Part shown: positions 1 through 12,591 of the stretch, in pieces | Layout of the letters: the number at the start of each line of letters is the position of its first letter | Numbering within the stretch: position 1 is the stretch's first letter | Program-made: the position numbers and the translations under genes | Assembly: GCA_951406725.2 (NCBI GenBank) | Contig: OX597819.1 | Location: forward strand, 134,168,001 to 134,232,000 | Source of the DNA: Octopus vulgaris | Taxonomy: Eukaryota | Direction: 5' to 3' | DNA: 64,000 nucleotides | The notes under the pieces: model-generated | Told to the model about the DNA's origin: nothing | The model's input: the letters and a program-made list of their open reading frames with translations, nothing else | Databases searched by the model: none

Positions 1-2139
1 TTCATTTTAGTTTTGAAATTTCTTATTGTTTCATTTATTTCTCTGATATTATTATTATCATTATTATGATGATGATTATTATTATTATCGGTCATCTTCT
101 TTCAAACTGGATACTAATTTCCTGTCATGATTAGCATTGTACAATTTGTAAAATTGCTTTAAAGATTTTAGTTATTTATATATTTTATGACTGGCAAAAG
201 AACCATCGTCTGTTAAGATTTATATCAGAAGTTCATTCGTTTTGATCACTCTTCATTTGACGACCTAATAAAATTCCTTGACTCTCTAATAAAATTCACT
301 TCAATTAACCTATTGATTACAACTTCAGTCATTTCCAATTGATCATGTGAAATTACGCTCTTTTCATCATAACAACAGTGAAATGAAAGCTTAATTCTCC
401 AGTGTTTCTTCACTTTCTAATTCAAAATTAAACTTTAATTACACCTAAATTTCGTTCTTCAAAAGTAGATACTATACTTCTACATAGCATCATTTACAAA
501 TGACATTTAATTTTCCCGATTTTCCAATTAGCTCAACTCTCAGACATCGCCTTCCAACCTTTTGTCACACAATTACTCTCATGGCTTTACTAAAAGATAT
601 GTCCAGCATTGCATTGTAAATTTCCCCAAACAAGCTGATAAAGTCTGCGAACAAACTGAAAAGCTGTTAGGGACTTGTATAACAAGTAAATGTGTGCTAC
701 TAACTTGTAATGTTTAAAATTTCCAAAACTAAATCGATTGTAAGTTAATATACATTGAACTTCTGTCATGCGGCAGGTTCTAAACGTCTTTGAGATATTT
801 TAATTTATATATTCCAGAAGTGAGATAACTAGAGTTTATCCTCCAACCACGCCTAAAATATCAATATATCACAATAATATATCTTTACTAAATTTAACAT
901 CACACGAGTCTGTAATTAGATGAATAATGTAAGAGATCGAGAATTTTGATAAATAGTTTATTAGACTGATTTAATAAATTTTGGACTTATTGCAGCTTTG
1001 ACTGATTTAAACTGCCATTTTTTAAGATGTTATCCCACAGAAGAGCAATAAGAGCATGGTTATTCTTTTTTATGTGACATCTCAAATAATATTTTAGAAA
1101 AAAATCATCCTTTCGGAATCTGTATTAACGTGTAAAAGAATATATTAATAAGAAACACATTCTCTAACCTTGGCTTCTTCCATTTGTACGTTTAGGTCAG
1201 TTAAGTGGAAAGCAAGCTTTCCTCCGGCTGTCGCTCCTGGAACAATTATTACTCCACAAGTTAGAGGCACTGCTGAAAATGTTTCCTAGATTTCGTTTCC
1301 CTCTCTTTATAGTATCTCTTCAATTGACTACTCTCGTTTACTCTCTTTTATATTTATCTTTTCAATAAATGTTAACATTGAGCTAAGTGTAATAAAATAT
1401 ATTTATTTAAAAGAAAATCTTTTCCACTCATTTACACAAATAAGTGCTGTAAAAAACACTATTTTAAATTATATTTAGAGTAAACAGTAGATTGCGTTGG
1501 ACACTTGTTTCAACCATACTTCAACAAGAGGTGAATGGTATACTACTCTCGACAATGTTTCAAAGCAAGTGTTTCAATTTTAGTTCGTTATTTATTCAAT
1601 AAAGATTTTTTTTTCAATTTATCGATGACCCAACTGAACCAGAGTAACCGCTTAAAATACTTGATTTAATTTTGATTTTATTTAATTATTTCTAATTTCA
1701 TTTTTTAAATTTGGAATCACGCTAATTAGTGCTCGTAGAGACATAAAATATTTTCTCTTAGGTCATTAGTGATATTAATCTCTGAACTCTGAAAAGTATA
1801 AATATTTTTTATAAAGTTTTCACAGAAGGAAGACATTTTTTTCTCAAGTAACTCAGAAGTAACAGTAACTAGGTCAGTAATTCTTTTTTGTTTAGCGACC
1901 CTCTCAAATACTTTTAAAAGCTAAAGATCCCTTATAACTCTCTCTAATTTTTCTAAATGCTAACTCTCCCTTAAATTTGATTGTAGTTAATGACACATTA
2001 TTATTATGAGAGCTAAAAATCATTTATCTTCATATTTCCACTCAGCTAATTTTCAATTTTGACATAATACTATTTTTAAAGAATGTGCTCGACTAAAACT
2101 TTACTGCAAAACAAAACTAGTAAAGTTTATATATTCGTT

Positions 2140-2345
2140 TTGCAAGATTCTTGATGTGTATTCGTGTGTTGAAACATATATTGTTGTATTTGGGGATGGT
2201 CATGTTGTCAGTTTAGCCAATAAAAACACACACACTATATATTTGGTGTTCACTTGCTTCAGCTTTATTTCATATTAATTGTATTTCGGCCAGAGTTCTT
2301 TCGCCACACTTCTGTGACCTCATCAGTGGTCCTTTGCTTTCTTCT
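2140..2345 (-). mobile_element. Penelope-like terminal repeat (pLTR) fragment containing a hammerhead motif
   Basis: The minus strand carries an HHR core followed by an AATAAA-containing AT-rich tail, the usual pLTR layout. Boundaries are approximate. Confidence 0.5.
2288..2332 (-). ncRNA. Minimal type-I hammerhead ribozyme motif
   Basis: Minus strand reads ggacca CTGATGA g gtcac-agaagt-gtggc GAAA gaactc tggcc. It has both core boxes, stem II gtcac/gtggc, stem I cca/tgg and a putative CUC cleavage triplet. Confidence 0.6.
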
Positions 2346-2644
2346 TTCTTTTTTGTATTTCTCCTTTCTAACGATCTGCCATTTTATATTCCTGTTGTAC
2401 AGCGAAACTCAATGCAAAAATTTTAATAATTAAAAGGTGATACTGATCCTTATAACAATTTACTTGTTTTTCAATATTCGATTCGGTGCTTGACAGCTGA
2501 TGTCTTAATTGCAATCTATTTCTCTGCTGAGTTGAGTGTGACATGATACCGAATCAAATCCTGGCCAAGGATGAAGAAGAAAAAGCAGTCGGCAGTCAAA
2601 GTTTATGATATTTGTTTTGGGAATTTTTCGCTAGAATGCTTCGC

Positions 2645-2660
2645 GTGTGTGTGTGTGTTT

Positions 2661-2692
<32 letters not shown>

Positions 2693-2732
2693 TTGTTTGT
2701 TTGTTTGTTTTTTTGTTTTTTTGTTTTTTTTT
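2645..2732. repeat. (GT)n microsatellite grading into GTTT/poly-T
   Basis: Seen directly. Confidence 0.95.
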
Positions 2733-2881
2733 AATATACAAACTTCGAAATCATGAATGTCCTAATTCTTTATGGTTTGTATGAACAAAAAAAGCATCGG
2801 AAAGAAACGAATTTATGATCTTCTCGAATATTTTCAGTTCATAACAAAGTCCTTGAATTTAAGATTCTCGTGTGGGAGCAT

Positions 2882-3060
2882 TAAGGTTGGCGAACTAGCA
2901 GAATCGTTAGAGGGTCGGATGAAATGCCTAGTGATACTTATTTCGCAGGAGATAACTTGGTCTTTCATCAGGCCGGGATCGACACAATAAAGTAATAATC
3001 AAATACTAATTTCGATGTTATCAAAATCTGCTGGTCTTGTGCGCAAATTTGAAAGCATTG
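2882..3060 (+). mobile_element. Degraded tRNA-derived SINE, family A
   Basis: taaggttggcgaactagcagaatcgttag...ctttcatc...gatcgac...gtcttgtgc resembles the better-preserved copy at 5476. Confidence 0.6.
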
Positions 3061-3184
3061 TGTGTATCGGAAACCGCTGAAAACAGCTTATGTCAATGTT
3101 CTTCTGCCAAATATAATTGGAAAAACTTGTAACCCATTTTGTGGTTATAAGTTTCATTTGTATCTCTACAATTTGATGTTCATC

Positions 3185-3187
<3 letters not shown>

Positions 3188-3218
<31 letters not shown>

Positions 3219-3455
3219 TTCTCTCTCCCTCTCTCTCTCCCTCTCTCTCTCTCCCTCTCTCTCTTTCCCTCTCCCTCTCTCTCTCCCTCTCTCTCTCTCC
3301 CTCTCTCTCTCTCCCTCTCTCTCTCTCCCTCTCTCTCTCTCCCTCTCTCTCTCCCTCTCTCTCTCTCCCTCTCTCTCTCCCTCTCCCTCTCTCTCTCCTC
3401 TCTCTCTCATCCTCCCTCTCTCTCCCTCTCTCCCTCTCTCTCCCTCTCTCTCCCC

Positions 3456-3487
<32 letters not shown>
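3188..3487. repeat. (CT)n/(CCCT) polypyrimidine compound microsatellite
   Basis: About 300 bp of only C and T. It explains the SL-rich and ER-rich pseudo-ORFs. Confidence 0.97.
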
Positions 3488-3509
3488 GTGATGATGATGT
3501 TTGAAAGCT

Positions 3510-4420
3510 AATCGAGGTAAATCCGTTAGTTTTCAAACTACCATTTTCCCTCAAGCTGCGACTTTAATGATCTTCCAACATGGTGTCGTTGTGATAGAAG
3601 TATCTCAGACAGTTCTCTTACGAAACCCACCGGATTTCAGTAAAGTAGGCTCCAATCCTTAATGACTGATGTTAGGAATCGCAAAAATATTTGGAGCAGC
3701 TTCTTTTAATGCTGCATAAATCCACGATGGTGACCAAATATAGCAGGTTCCCATCATTTGTAGTACATTTGTAAAAGGAATATTCTTATCAAAAAAGCGT
3801 TTACGTTTTAATTTGTGTCAATTTTCAGTTGTTCGTCAATTAGAAATTCTCAAAATTATTGATTAGTCTTGGACAAATTCAATTAGGATAACTGAGATTC
3901 ATTGTCACGTTAAGCTGTCTCGTCGAGTTGTAGCGAAATTTCCAGACCGCCAAAGTTGTTTTCATCAATTCTTGTTGAGACTGAATTCCTGCTGAGAGGA
4001 ATTAGGGATGTTATATTAGATTAAGCAGGATCCATCAAAGTATTCATAACGTCAGTTATAGCTGGGAAGACAAGAGTTTCGCCAATAGTTTTTGACATGT
4101 GATAACACTTGGAGTTTTGAAAGACAGTTAAATCTTTCTCTACTTTGCTACTGTCTTTCTAATAAAATCTTCGATTCAAGATGGATTGTAAAGTTTCGAT
4201 TTTTTAATCTAGAAAGTAAACTACATCCCATATTTGGTTTTTATCAAGAGATAAATTATTCCTGAAAATGCCAATCCTTTGTTTCAGAAATTTTCCCCAC
4301 ATCATGAATATGTTACCAACTGTTTACAATTCACGGAAAGAAAACACCACATTTCACATTTTTGTGAATTTTGATGTTCCCTTTTTCTACTTGTAATGGA
4401 CTTTAAAATGCTGCAGGCTA
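3510..4420 (-). mobile_element. Degraded hAT (Buster/Charlie-like) transposase relic
   Basis: Minus-strand fragments KTIGETLVFPAI..IPLSRNSVSTRIDE, SLQLDET and a DG..PAIFGHHRGF-like segment match hAT Buster motifs (HTIGE.LILPA, IPLSN.TV.RRI, LQLDES, TDGAPAM.G..RG). Many stops and frameshifts. Confidence 0.75.
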
Positions 4421-5009
4421 CAATAAACATTAAAAAAGGATTTTAATGGAAGCTAGTGTGATGATATAATTTTAAATGTTGTATGAAATAAATTAAAGAA
4501 TTTATCTTTTGTACAGATTTAACAATAAATAACTGATTTGCATAGGATTATTAAGTTAATGATAACGTAGAAATTGTCTATATAACAATTACAATTCTTT
4601 TTCATTACTTAGAAATTGACAAAAATACTTAGAAATGAAGAGAGATAACATATTAATATTTTTAATAATTATTGGCGAGCGACTGCTCATTAATCTGTGG
4701 AGGCTTTAGAAGGCAAGTTTCATCTATACTTTATAACGGGGTTATAATTTTTAAGGATAACGATATCTTTGAGGTTATAATTTTAAAAAATGAAGTTAGA
4801 ATAGTGTAGGCTTCCCAAAAGTGTTGCTACTGTCTCCAAAGCAGATGATTTAACCTAGTAATTATCAGAAGTCTGGATCTTATAAATTGGATAGAAAACA
4901 AAAATTTAAATATCCCGAAAGTAATGTAAAAGTGAGCATTTTCTTATTAACTAGCGTAAGTTGTTCAAATTTGCAGATATTGGCAGCGAGAGTCATCTTG
5001 TGTAGGGCA

Positions 5010-5240
5010 CCACTCGACATAGTCTCCATCTCGACGCATCAGCACCATCGATGAACCGGACCTCTTCAATCAGGTGTACATTGTTGTACCCACTTTTTCT
5101 CAACCACTTTCACCACGTTTGTGTTGTTGACTCGCTGTCTCTTTGGACCGAACAGGCGGAAGTCGGACAGCGTAAAATCCATGCTACACGGTGGATAGAG
5201 GTCACTGCCCATAAACTTTGCCAATTTCCTGATTTGTTGT

Positions 5241-5282
<42 letters not shown>

Positions 5283-6090
5283 GTCGCACATTGTCATGTT
5301 GAATGTGGATCGTTTTCAGGCTCTTGTTCGGGCTCTTTTTAGACGTGGCTTCTTGGCACAATCAAGCTTTAGAAAAACAAAGAGAATGACATACTTTTTA
5401 TCCATGACTTTCAGTGCCAATTGCTGATTCTTGAATTTCCTATTCCTTGGAGGTGTAACCTCATTCCATGAACTGAAGGCGGCGAGCTGCCAAAAACGTT
5501 AGCACGCCGGGCGAAATGCTTAGCGGTATTTCGTCTGTCTTTACGTTCTGAGTTCAAATTCCGCCGAGGTCGACTTTGCCTTTCATCCTTTCGGGGTCGA
5601 TAAATTAAATACCAGTTGCGTACTGGGTTCGATCTAATCGACTGCACCCTCCCCTAAAATTTCGAGCCTTGTGCCTAGAGTAGAAAAGAAAATCATTTCA
5701 TGAACTGAGCTTTCGTTTCTGGATCATAGAGATACGCCATTTCATTCCCTGTCATCAGACCGAAGGAAAAATCATATCTTCACTGGATTCAAACGCTTTC
5801 AGTAGATCAGAGCAGACTTCCCTTTTCTCCTTTGAATAGGGTGTCAACTGCTGAGGGTCCACTTTGTACCCTTAGTCTTTTCAATTCATCCACTCACCGG
5901 TGGTTTCTGTCACTTTTCACAGTTGGTCTCTTACTGTATGGATTGTCTCCAATGCTGGTTTCCTCTTCTTTAAACTTTATTCAACTGTGGACATTACTCT
6001 TGTTGATATCATCTCCATAAACAGCCGCCAGAATCCTCTGTGAATATCGGTAACAATGAATCCCTCCTTTAAGAATTCAACGACGGTACG
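5010..6090 (-). mobile_element. Degraded mariner transposase relic interrupted by a SINE and a (CA)n expansion
   Basis: Minus-strand motifs in order: AVYGDD, FKEEETSIGDNP, KWT(P)QQLT (WVPR.LT), MTGNE..YLYDPETKAQ (TGDETW..YDPE), QHDNVRQHT, YPPCSMDFTLSDFRLFGP (YSPDLAPSD), GDYVE. Confidence 0.8.
5476..5692 (+). mobile_element. tRNA-derived SINE family A, complete copy with ~16-bp TSD
   Basis: Reads aaggcggcgagctg...gagttcaaattccgccgaggtcgac (B-box-like)...gccttgtgcctagagtagaaaag. It is flanked by tcattccatgaactga (5461-5476) and tcatttcatgaactga (5693-5708). Confidence 0.9.
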
Positions 6091-6975
6091 TTACTTCTAC
6101 ATGAAATCAATTATTTACCAACAGTCAAAAGCGAAAAGAGTTTCTATAGAGGAAGAATTATTCTCCTAACATGTTCAATTTGAAGTATCTTTGTCAGTTG
6201 ATAATAAAAAAAAGTCATGTCTACTTTTGTACCTACTTTCGGTGCAAACCTCGCATGCTTCAGGTCTACGACAAATGTCACGGCCTTTCCCATCATTTTT
6301 TTCTATTTCGACAAGAGTTAATAAGCGTCTAATAAAGATCTTCATCAATATAAAGTTTGTTCTATTTTTGTTGTATATCTTCATTTATTCCCAGAATGTG
6401 TTTTATACCAGAGATTGTTACATTTAGAAGCAAATTACAATTGTTAATCGTGGATTCCAATAACTAATGTGATTTGACATTTACACTCGATTGCTAACAC
6501 TTTACCTAATTTAACGAGTCGATCTGTTTACGTATTGTGTACTAACTTCTGAAATCTCATGTATGAGAGCTTGACATTTTCTTGATATATGATTCCATTT
6601 ATCTGTAGATACTTAAAAATCAATGACTGAATCTTGAATTCGTGTCTAGTAAAGCAATATCTGGTTACCTATACTATGTCATAAGATAGCATAACTTGTT
6701 GAAATATCAAATGTAATATTTTGCTCTTGTGTCGTAATATCTGATATGAAAGAAGCGTCGGTGATCATATCGTATCTCTGCCCTTTCAGTCATATCTTCC
6801 ACATTATTTTTAGTGAGCGATCCATCCAACACTATCAAGTTTTTCTGAAATAGTTATTTTAAAATCAAATGTGCTGTACATTCTGTGTTCCATGTTATTT
6901 CTAAACAATGTGCTCTTATTTACAGAGAAACTATTTGTTCTCAATGAGAATATTATTATTATTATCATTAACATC

Positions 6976-7290
6976 AAGACGGTGAGTTGGCAGAAAGGTT
7001 AACACTCCGGGCAAAGTGCTTAGTGGCATTTCGTCTGTCTTTACGTTCTGAGTACAAATTTTGCCGAGCTCGACTTTGCGGTTTATCCTTTCGGGGTCGA
7101 TAAAGTAATACCAATCAAGTACTGGGGTCGATGTATTATGCTAATTCCCTCCAAATTTTAGGCCCTGTGTCTATAGTAGAAAGGATTATTATTATCAGCA
7201 GTAAGGCGGTGAAGTAGAAGAATGGTCAGCACGCGGAACACCGTGCTTGGTGATATTTCATCCGTCTTTACGTTCGGAGTTCAAATTCTT
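6976..7290 (+). mobile_element. SINE family A, full copy plus tandem 5' partial copy
   Basis: Homologous to the 5476 copy. A second head starts at ~7203. (ATT)n flanks. Confidence 0.85.
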
Positions 7291-8050
7291 GAGGTTTGCT
7301 GACAAGTCTCTTCAAATCTCAAGAATTTTCCTTATGATTCTTGCAGAATATAGGACGGTGCTTTACTGCAGGTCGATAATGCAAGTTTCAATTCCAATAA
7401 CAGAAATTATTATTATTATTGATTTGACTAGGCTTCCGTCTTATTCCTGCTAGAATTTGTGGGTAGCGGGTTACTACCTATATCCTTAGGTATCCTGATT
7501 ATCTTTCCTGTCCCTAAGAGGTAAACTTTCGGTAGAAGCTCTACAGGACATTCTATTCCAGTCTCCTTCAACCATTTCTCTATATCTTTGCTTACAGTTG
7601 CCAATGCACCAATTATTATAGGCACAACCTTTACAATTTTCATATTCCCAATTCTTGCAAGTTCAAATTTTAAAGGGTTCTTTTTTTCTTTCTTTGTGAT
7701 CCGGAACCAAACGGATAGGAAGGATCGGTTTGTAAGCAACTTCGTTTTTCCTTATCTTTATGTCCGGTTTATTATTTTTTAACTACTTGTCCGTTACATT
7801 TCTCCGACTCCAGAATTCTTTCGATTCGGGGATTGTGTTTCCACGCGTTACCAGCTTCAGATTCCCATTTCTGGCACAATTTCCAATGTAAAACTTTCAC
7901 AACCTGATCGTGCTTCCATTTCTTATATTCTTCCTGTGCCAACTTTGGACATTTTGCAATAATGTGTGCCGCTGTCTCGTTCTGAGTTCCATAGATTCTA
8001 CATATTTTTCCATATACATTTTTCTTCAAGTTGTTTATTTTTATCGCTTG
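7290..8050 (-). mobile_element. R4/Dong-clade non-LTR retrotransposon 3' fragments (two C-terminal pieces)
   Basis: CRIYG..ETAAHIIAKCPKLA..YKKWKHDQVVKVLHWKLC (CCHC plus RHD motif) and VVPIIIGALATV...LLGTGKIIR. A second end reads IIDLQ*STVLYSARIIRKILEI at 7310-7400. Confidence 0.75.
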
Positions 8051-8629
8051 ATGCTGGACTGCTACTATTAGGCTCTCTGTTTCTTGTTTTAATTGTCCTT
8101 TTTGTTTTTAACCAAGCCCCGAATTTTGTTTCACATCTTCACTTGCTCTCCCAAATTGACTATGCAGAGGTTTCTCTTCAATCTAACATCCTCTCTTTGG
8201 ATTTCACTCTTGTCCTTTGCTCCTCTTCCACACTTGATCGCCGCTTCCTCACTCACCGTCTTTACCAGTTTCTCGGTGCTGTTCTCTAAATATCTTAGTT
8301 CGTTATCTATGTTGTTGCACTGAGTTATATATTGTACATTTGCTATTGTTATATAGATAAACTAACCAGCACCTTAGGAAGCTGGTTTGCTTTTCTCCTT
8401 CCCTAGCCCTTACAGGCTAATTCGGAGCTTGTTTAGCCTAACAAACCCCTCAATATTTTCCCCAAAAGGAAGATGGCGGACGAGAAATGTCCGTTCGCTA
8501 AATAGAAGTCAGTTATCGGCGCAACAAAACAAATGGTAGACGTCAGTGGCAGCATCAGCAGCAGTAAAGAAAAGGAGAGCACGTGAAAAGGAGCACAAGA
8601 AAAGGAGAGCACGCGAAATGTTCGGCACT

Positions 8630-9053
8630 ACTCTTTGACTTGTTTCAGTCATTTGACAGCGGCCATGCTGGAGCACCGCCTTTAACCGAGCAAATTGACC
8701 CCAGGACTTAGAATAAGTACTAGGCTTACAACAAATATCCATGCTCTTTTGCCGGACCGCTAAGTTAGGGGGACGTAAACGTACCAGCATCGGTTGTCAA
8801 GCGATGTTGGGGGGACAAATACAGATACAAACACACGCGGACACACACACACACATATATATATACATACATATCTACATTTATACATATACGACAGGCT
8901 TCTTTCAGTTTCCATCTACCAAATCCACTCACAAGGCTTTGGTCGGCCCGAGGCTATGGTAGAAAACACTTTCCCAAGGTGCCATGCAGTGAGACTGAAC
9001 CCGGAACCATGTGGTTGGTAAGCAAGCAACTTACCACACAGCTACTCCTGCGC
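8630..9053 (-). mobile_element. tRNA-derived SINE family B, full-length with internal (TG/TA) tract
   Basis: Minus strand has the head ggcgcaggagtagctgtgtggtaag...ggttcagtc, a CORE-like ccttgggaaagtg segment, and the tail aaggcggtgctccagcatggccgctgtcaaatgactgaaacaag. Confidence 0.85.
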
Positions 9054-9377
9054 CAACATTCACAGTCGCAGCATCAAACAAAAGAATTAAATAACAAAAA
9101 AACAACACCAGGGAGAACACTACCCCCTCCAACACCGCCGCCAGCAGCAACGGCAAACCCACCACCAAGCACAAGAAAATAAATTATTCAAATCCGCGGT
9201 TAACATTTTCGCCGACGGGATTTTGTTAGAATTTTCATTGTTATTCTATATTTACACGTTTCGATCCCACTCTATTTGTACTCTATTGTCCTTCCCCGTC
9301 CTCAACCTTTTATATAAGCCTTCAGTGGTTAATAAAGAAAAGATTATCAATATTATAATTATTATTCTTATTATTTT

Positions 9378-9782
9378 AAAGGTGATGAGATGGCAGAATC
9401 GTTAGCACGCCTGGAAAAATGCTAAGCGGTATTTCGTCTGCCTCCACGTTCTGAGTTCAAATTCCGCCGAGGTCGACTTTGCCTTTCATCCTTTCGGGGT
9501 CGATTAAATAAGTACCAGTTATGCACTGGGGTCGATCTAATCGACTTAATCCGTTTGTCTGTCCTTGTTTATCCCTTCTGTGTTCAATCCCTTGTAGGTT
9601 GTAAAGAAATAGGTATTTCGCCTGCCGCTACGTTCTGAGTTCAAATTCCGCCGAGGTCGACTTTGCTTTTCCTCCTTTCGGGGTCGATAAATTGAGTACC
9701 AGTGAAACACTGGGGTCAATGTAATCGACCAGTCCCCTTCGCCAAAATTCCAGGCCTTGTGACTTTATTAGAAAGGATTATG
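9378..9782 (+). mobile_element. Dimeric SINE family A
   Basis: The body gtatttcg..acgttctgagttcaaattccgccgaggtcgactttgc...ctggggtc occurs twice (~9429 and ~9612), each time with a different tail. Confidence 0.85.
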
Positions 9783-9849
9783 GTTATTATCTAAGGTATG
9801 CATGAATGTGTTACATAGGAATCAATATCCGTGATACTGAATCACAACC

Positions 9850-10005
9850 AGTTTCCTTAGATATTGGGGACCTTTCTTACGGCCCTTGTTGTTCCCAACA
9901 GAACAGGTTTCTGTATTAATGCAACGCTCATAGTTACATCAATCTCAAAGAAATTGCCAAGTTTGCTAGTGACAGTACCTAGGGCACCTGTAATTACTGG
10001 TCGTT
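9850..10005 (-). mobile_element. R4/Dong-type LINE 3' end fragment
   Basis: Minus translation PVITGALGTVTSKL...LIQKPVLLGTTRAVRKV. Confidence 0.65.
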
Positions 10006-10029
10006 ATTATAAATACCTGAGAGGCATTT

Positions 10030-10190
10030 AGTCTGAACGTTCTGAGTTCAAATTTCGCCGAGGTGGACACTGCATTTCATCCTTTCGGAATAGATAAATT
10101 CAGTACCAGTGAAAAACTGAGGTCGATGTAATCGACATTTCCCCTCCCCACAAATCTGAGGCCTTGTGCTTCCACTAGAAATGATTATTA
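10030..10190 (+). mobile_element. SINE family A, 5'-truncated
   Basis: acgttctgagttcaaatttcgccgagg...ggccttgtgc...agaaatgattattatt. Confidence 0.8.
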
Positions 10191-10194
10191 TTAT

Positions 10195-11335
10195 GCTCTG
10201 ATCAACTTAGATCAATCTAAGTCCTTGATAGGGTCGACCATCAATACTTAGCGGCTGTCCTCAAGGCAGCCGGTTTCGGTCTTGTTTTCCGCGGTTGGAT
10301 CACTGTTTTGTACAACGGCATCTGCTCGATTGTTCGGGTGAATGGTCACCTGACGGAGCCATTCAACATCTTGCGTTCGGACCGTCAAGGATGTCCTCTC
10401 TCCTCCTTTCTGTATGTACTGACCCTTGAGCCATTACTGCGGAAGCTGGAGGCTTTGAGGGGTGTCCCTCGTGATCTAGGATGTGGGAGAAGTGTGTCTG
10501 CTTAAGCGTGTCTGCTTAAGCTGATGATGTCACCGACATAGTGTCGAGCCACGGGCATACAAACCTGAGTGGCGACACACTACAAGAATATGAAGTGGTG
10601 ACAGGAGCAATAATTACCACGGAAAAGTCAGTGGGCTTGCAACTCGGCACCTGGAGAGGCAAGTCCAAGCCGTGCAACAGCGTCGTGGGGCGCTGGACAG
10701 ACGCTCCAGTTTAGTTGCTCGGAACCTGGTTTGGTCCAGACCTTCAGGTGAAGAAAAACTGGGAGGTAATGAGCAGGGTTGCCAATCTCGCCCAGAAATG
10801 GAAGCTGTCCCTGAAAGGTCGAGCGGGGGTGGTGAATGCGTATATCGCCTCCGTCATCTATTACCGCTTGACCGTCGTTCCTTGCCCCGTTTTCCCCATC
10901 TGATCTCAACAGCCGCTGAATGGGCGGGGGGGGGGGGCATACTGTAGTTACTGATCCGCAGACAAACGCTAAGGTTGCAGCATCTCCAGCGTTTCCTTGA
11001 CAGTGAGCAGGTGTATCACCGTTTCTCAGGCAAACTTTTCCACAGCTCGTCTCTTTGGCTGAACAATGAAACCGTTCTGCACGCCATAGTCCAGTGCCCG
11101 AGTATTGCGGACCTGTGGGTTTATGTTGAACACCTACTATCGTGTGTAGGACGGATCCGGCTATCAGCTGAATCCATTGTGAAGATTACCCCGCCGCCCT
11201 CTTTTGGCCGAGAGGGGCAGGCAATTTTTGTCTTGTAGTTATAGCGAAAGAAGTAGTATGGTGGACCCGTTTGAAAAGGCTAAAGACAGACGCTTTTCTC
11301 TTTGGCCAAGCTCTCATCAACTTTTTCAGGTTTCA
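10195..11335 (+). mobile_element. Tx1/L1-clade LINE ORF2 relic (RT plus C-terminal zinc knuckle)
   Basis: ALINLDQSK..DRVDH, VRVNGHLTEPF...RQGCPLSSFLYVLTLEPLL, *ADDVT, LGTWFG, LSLKGRA.VVN, ETVLHAIVQCP. Stops and deletions present. Confidence 0.85.
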
Positions 11336-12515
11336 CTTGTTCTTTCATTCCAAACATTTCAACACAAACTATTTCTACTTACAGGGTTATACGTGCTTCT
11401 TGAAGAAATTACTTTCAGATCGAATCCAATTTTTGATTTTATTTAAAGAATCATTGTCGCTTTTCATAATGATGAATTCTTTGCAATTTAGCGGCAACTC
11501 TTGTCTTAGCTGTTCTTTCATTCCAAATATTTCATTTCTTTATCTCAAATTTCTTTACTTTCGTTTCTCTGTTTTTCTTACTGAATTCATTTAAGATTTT
11601 GAGCGATATATCCTTTTGATTTCTTATCTTCATCTGTAGGTGTTGTTTCCATATTGTTTGCATGGGTTTTCACTTCCCACTTTCCTTTGTTCTACTTTCA
11701 TTCGTGGCTGATGCATAAATTATTTCCTTTATCCTGATAATATTCACGCTCCTTTCTACGGTCATTGTAGTGCCATTTATGGTTGTTGCTATTTTATCGC
11801 CAACCTTTTATCTTTATAGGGTTCTCTCATTATTTCATTCGAAAATGTTCTATTGATTTTAGTTCTTTAACAATTTCCATCTTTAAATTATTGTCATATT
11901 CAGAACGTCTAATTTTAGACTTTTCTCATATTTTCTTTTATTCCTGTTTTCATTGATGTTGTTCTTATTCCGTTTCGCGGGTCAATGTTCCGTCATTTTG
12001 CTCGGCTTTGAATTTGTTTTGTTATTAATCTGGTTTCTTTCATCTCAAAATATCGAAAATGTTTACGTTTCATCAGTTTACGTTCTCAATATTTTGAACT
12101 TATATTGTTTGCTTTCTTTTTTGTTGTTTTTATTATGTATTCTGCCTTTCGAGGGTTTTAGGTTTTCATGGAATATTTCTATATCAGTTTTTATGAATGA
12201 ATCTTTTTAAATTTAATATTTTGTTGGGATCCAATATTGCTTTTAAATTAAAGTTATATATTTTCTCTCTAGATGTTTTATAAGTATATAAGTTTTAGGT
12301 AGCGTAGCAGTAAATCATGTAAATAGTACACAAATATATTTCTCTCATTTTCTCTCTTTTAATTTATTGATTTGAGTAAATTCTAAGCCTTTGGGTCATC
12401 CTTTTCATCAGGTACCGTCCCATTTGTTTCTGCTACATTTCAGGCATCAAAATTCAATTACGCATTTACATTTTAATTTTGGTCAAAAATGAAGTTTGCA
12501 TTACAGTTCTCATTT

Positions 12516-12517
<2 letters not shown>

Positions 12518-12590
<73 letters not shown>
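12518..12590. repeat. (GT)n(GA)n microsatellite
   Basis: Seen directly. Confidence 0.95.

Positions 12591-12591
<1 letters not shown>

Noticed and set aside
200-700. Possible hAT C-terminal dimerisation-domain relic on the minus strand
   Set aside because: Similarity too weak to support by eye.
3062-3554. SL-rich and ER-rich ORFs
   Set aside because: Artefacts of the CT microsatellite.
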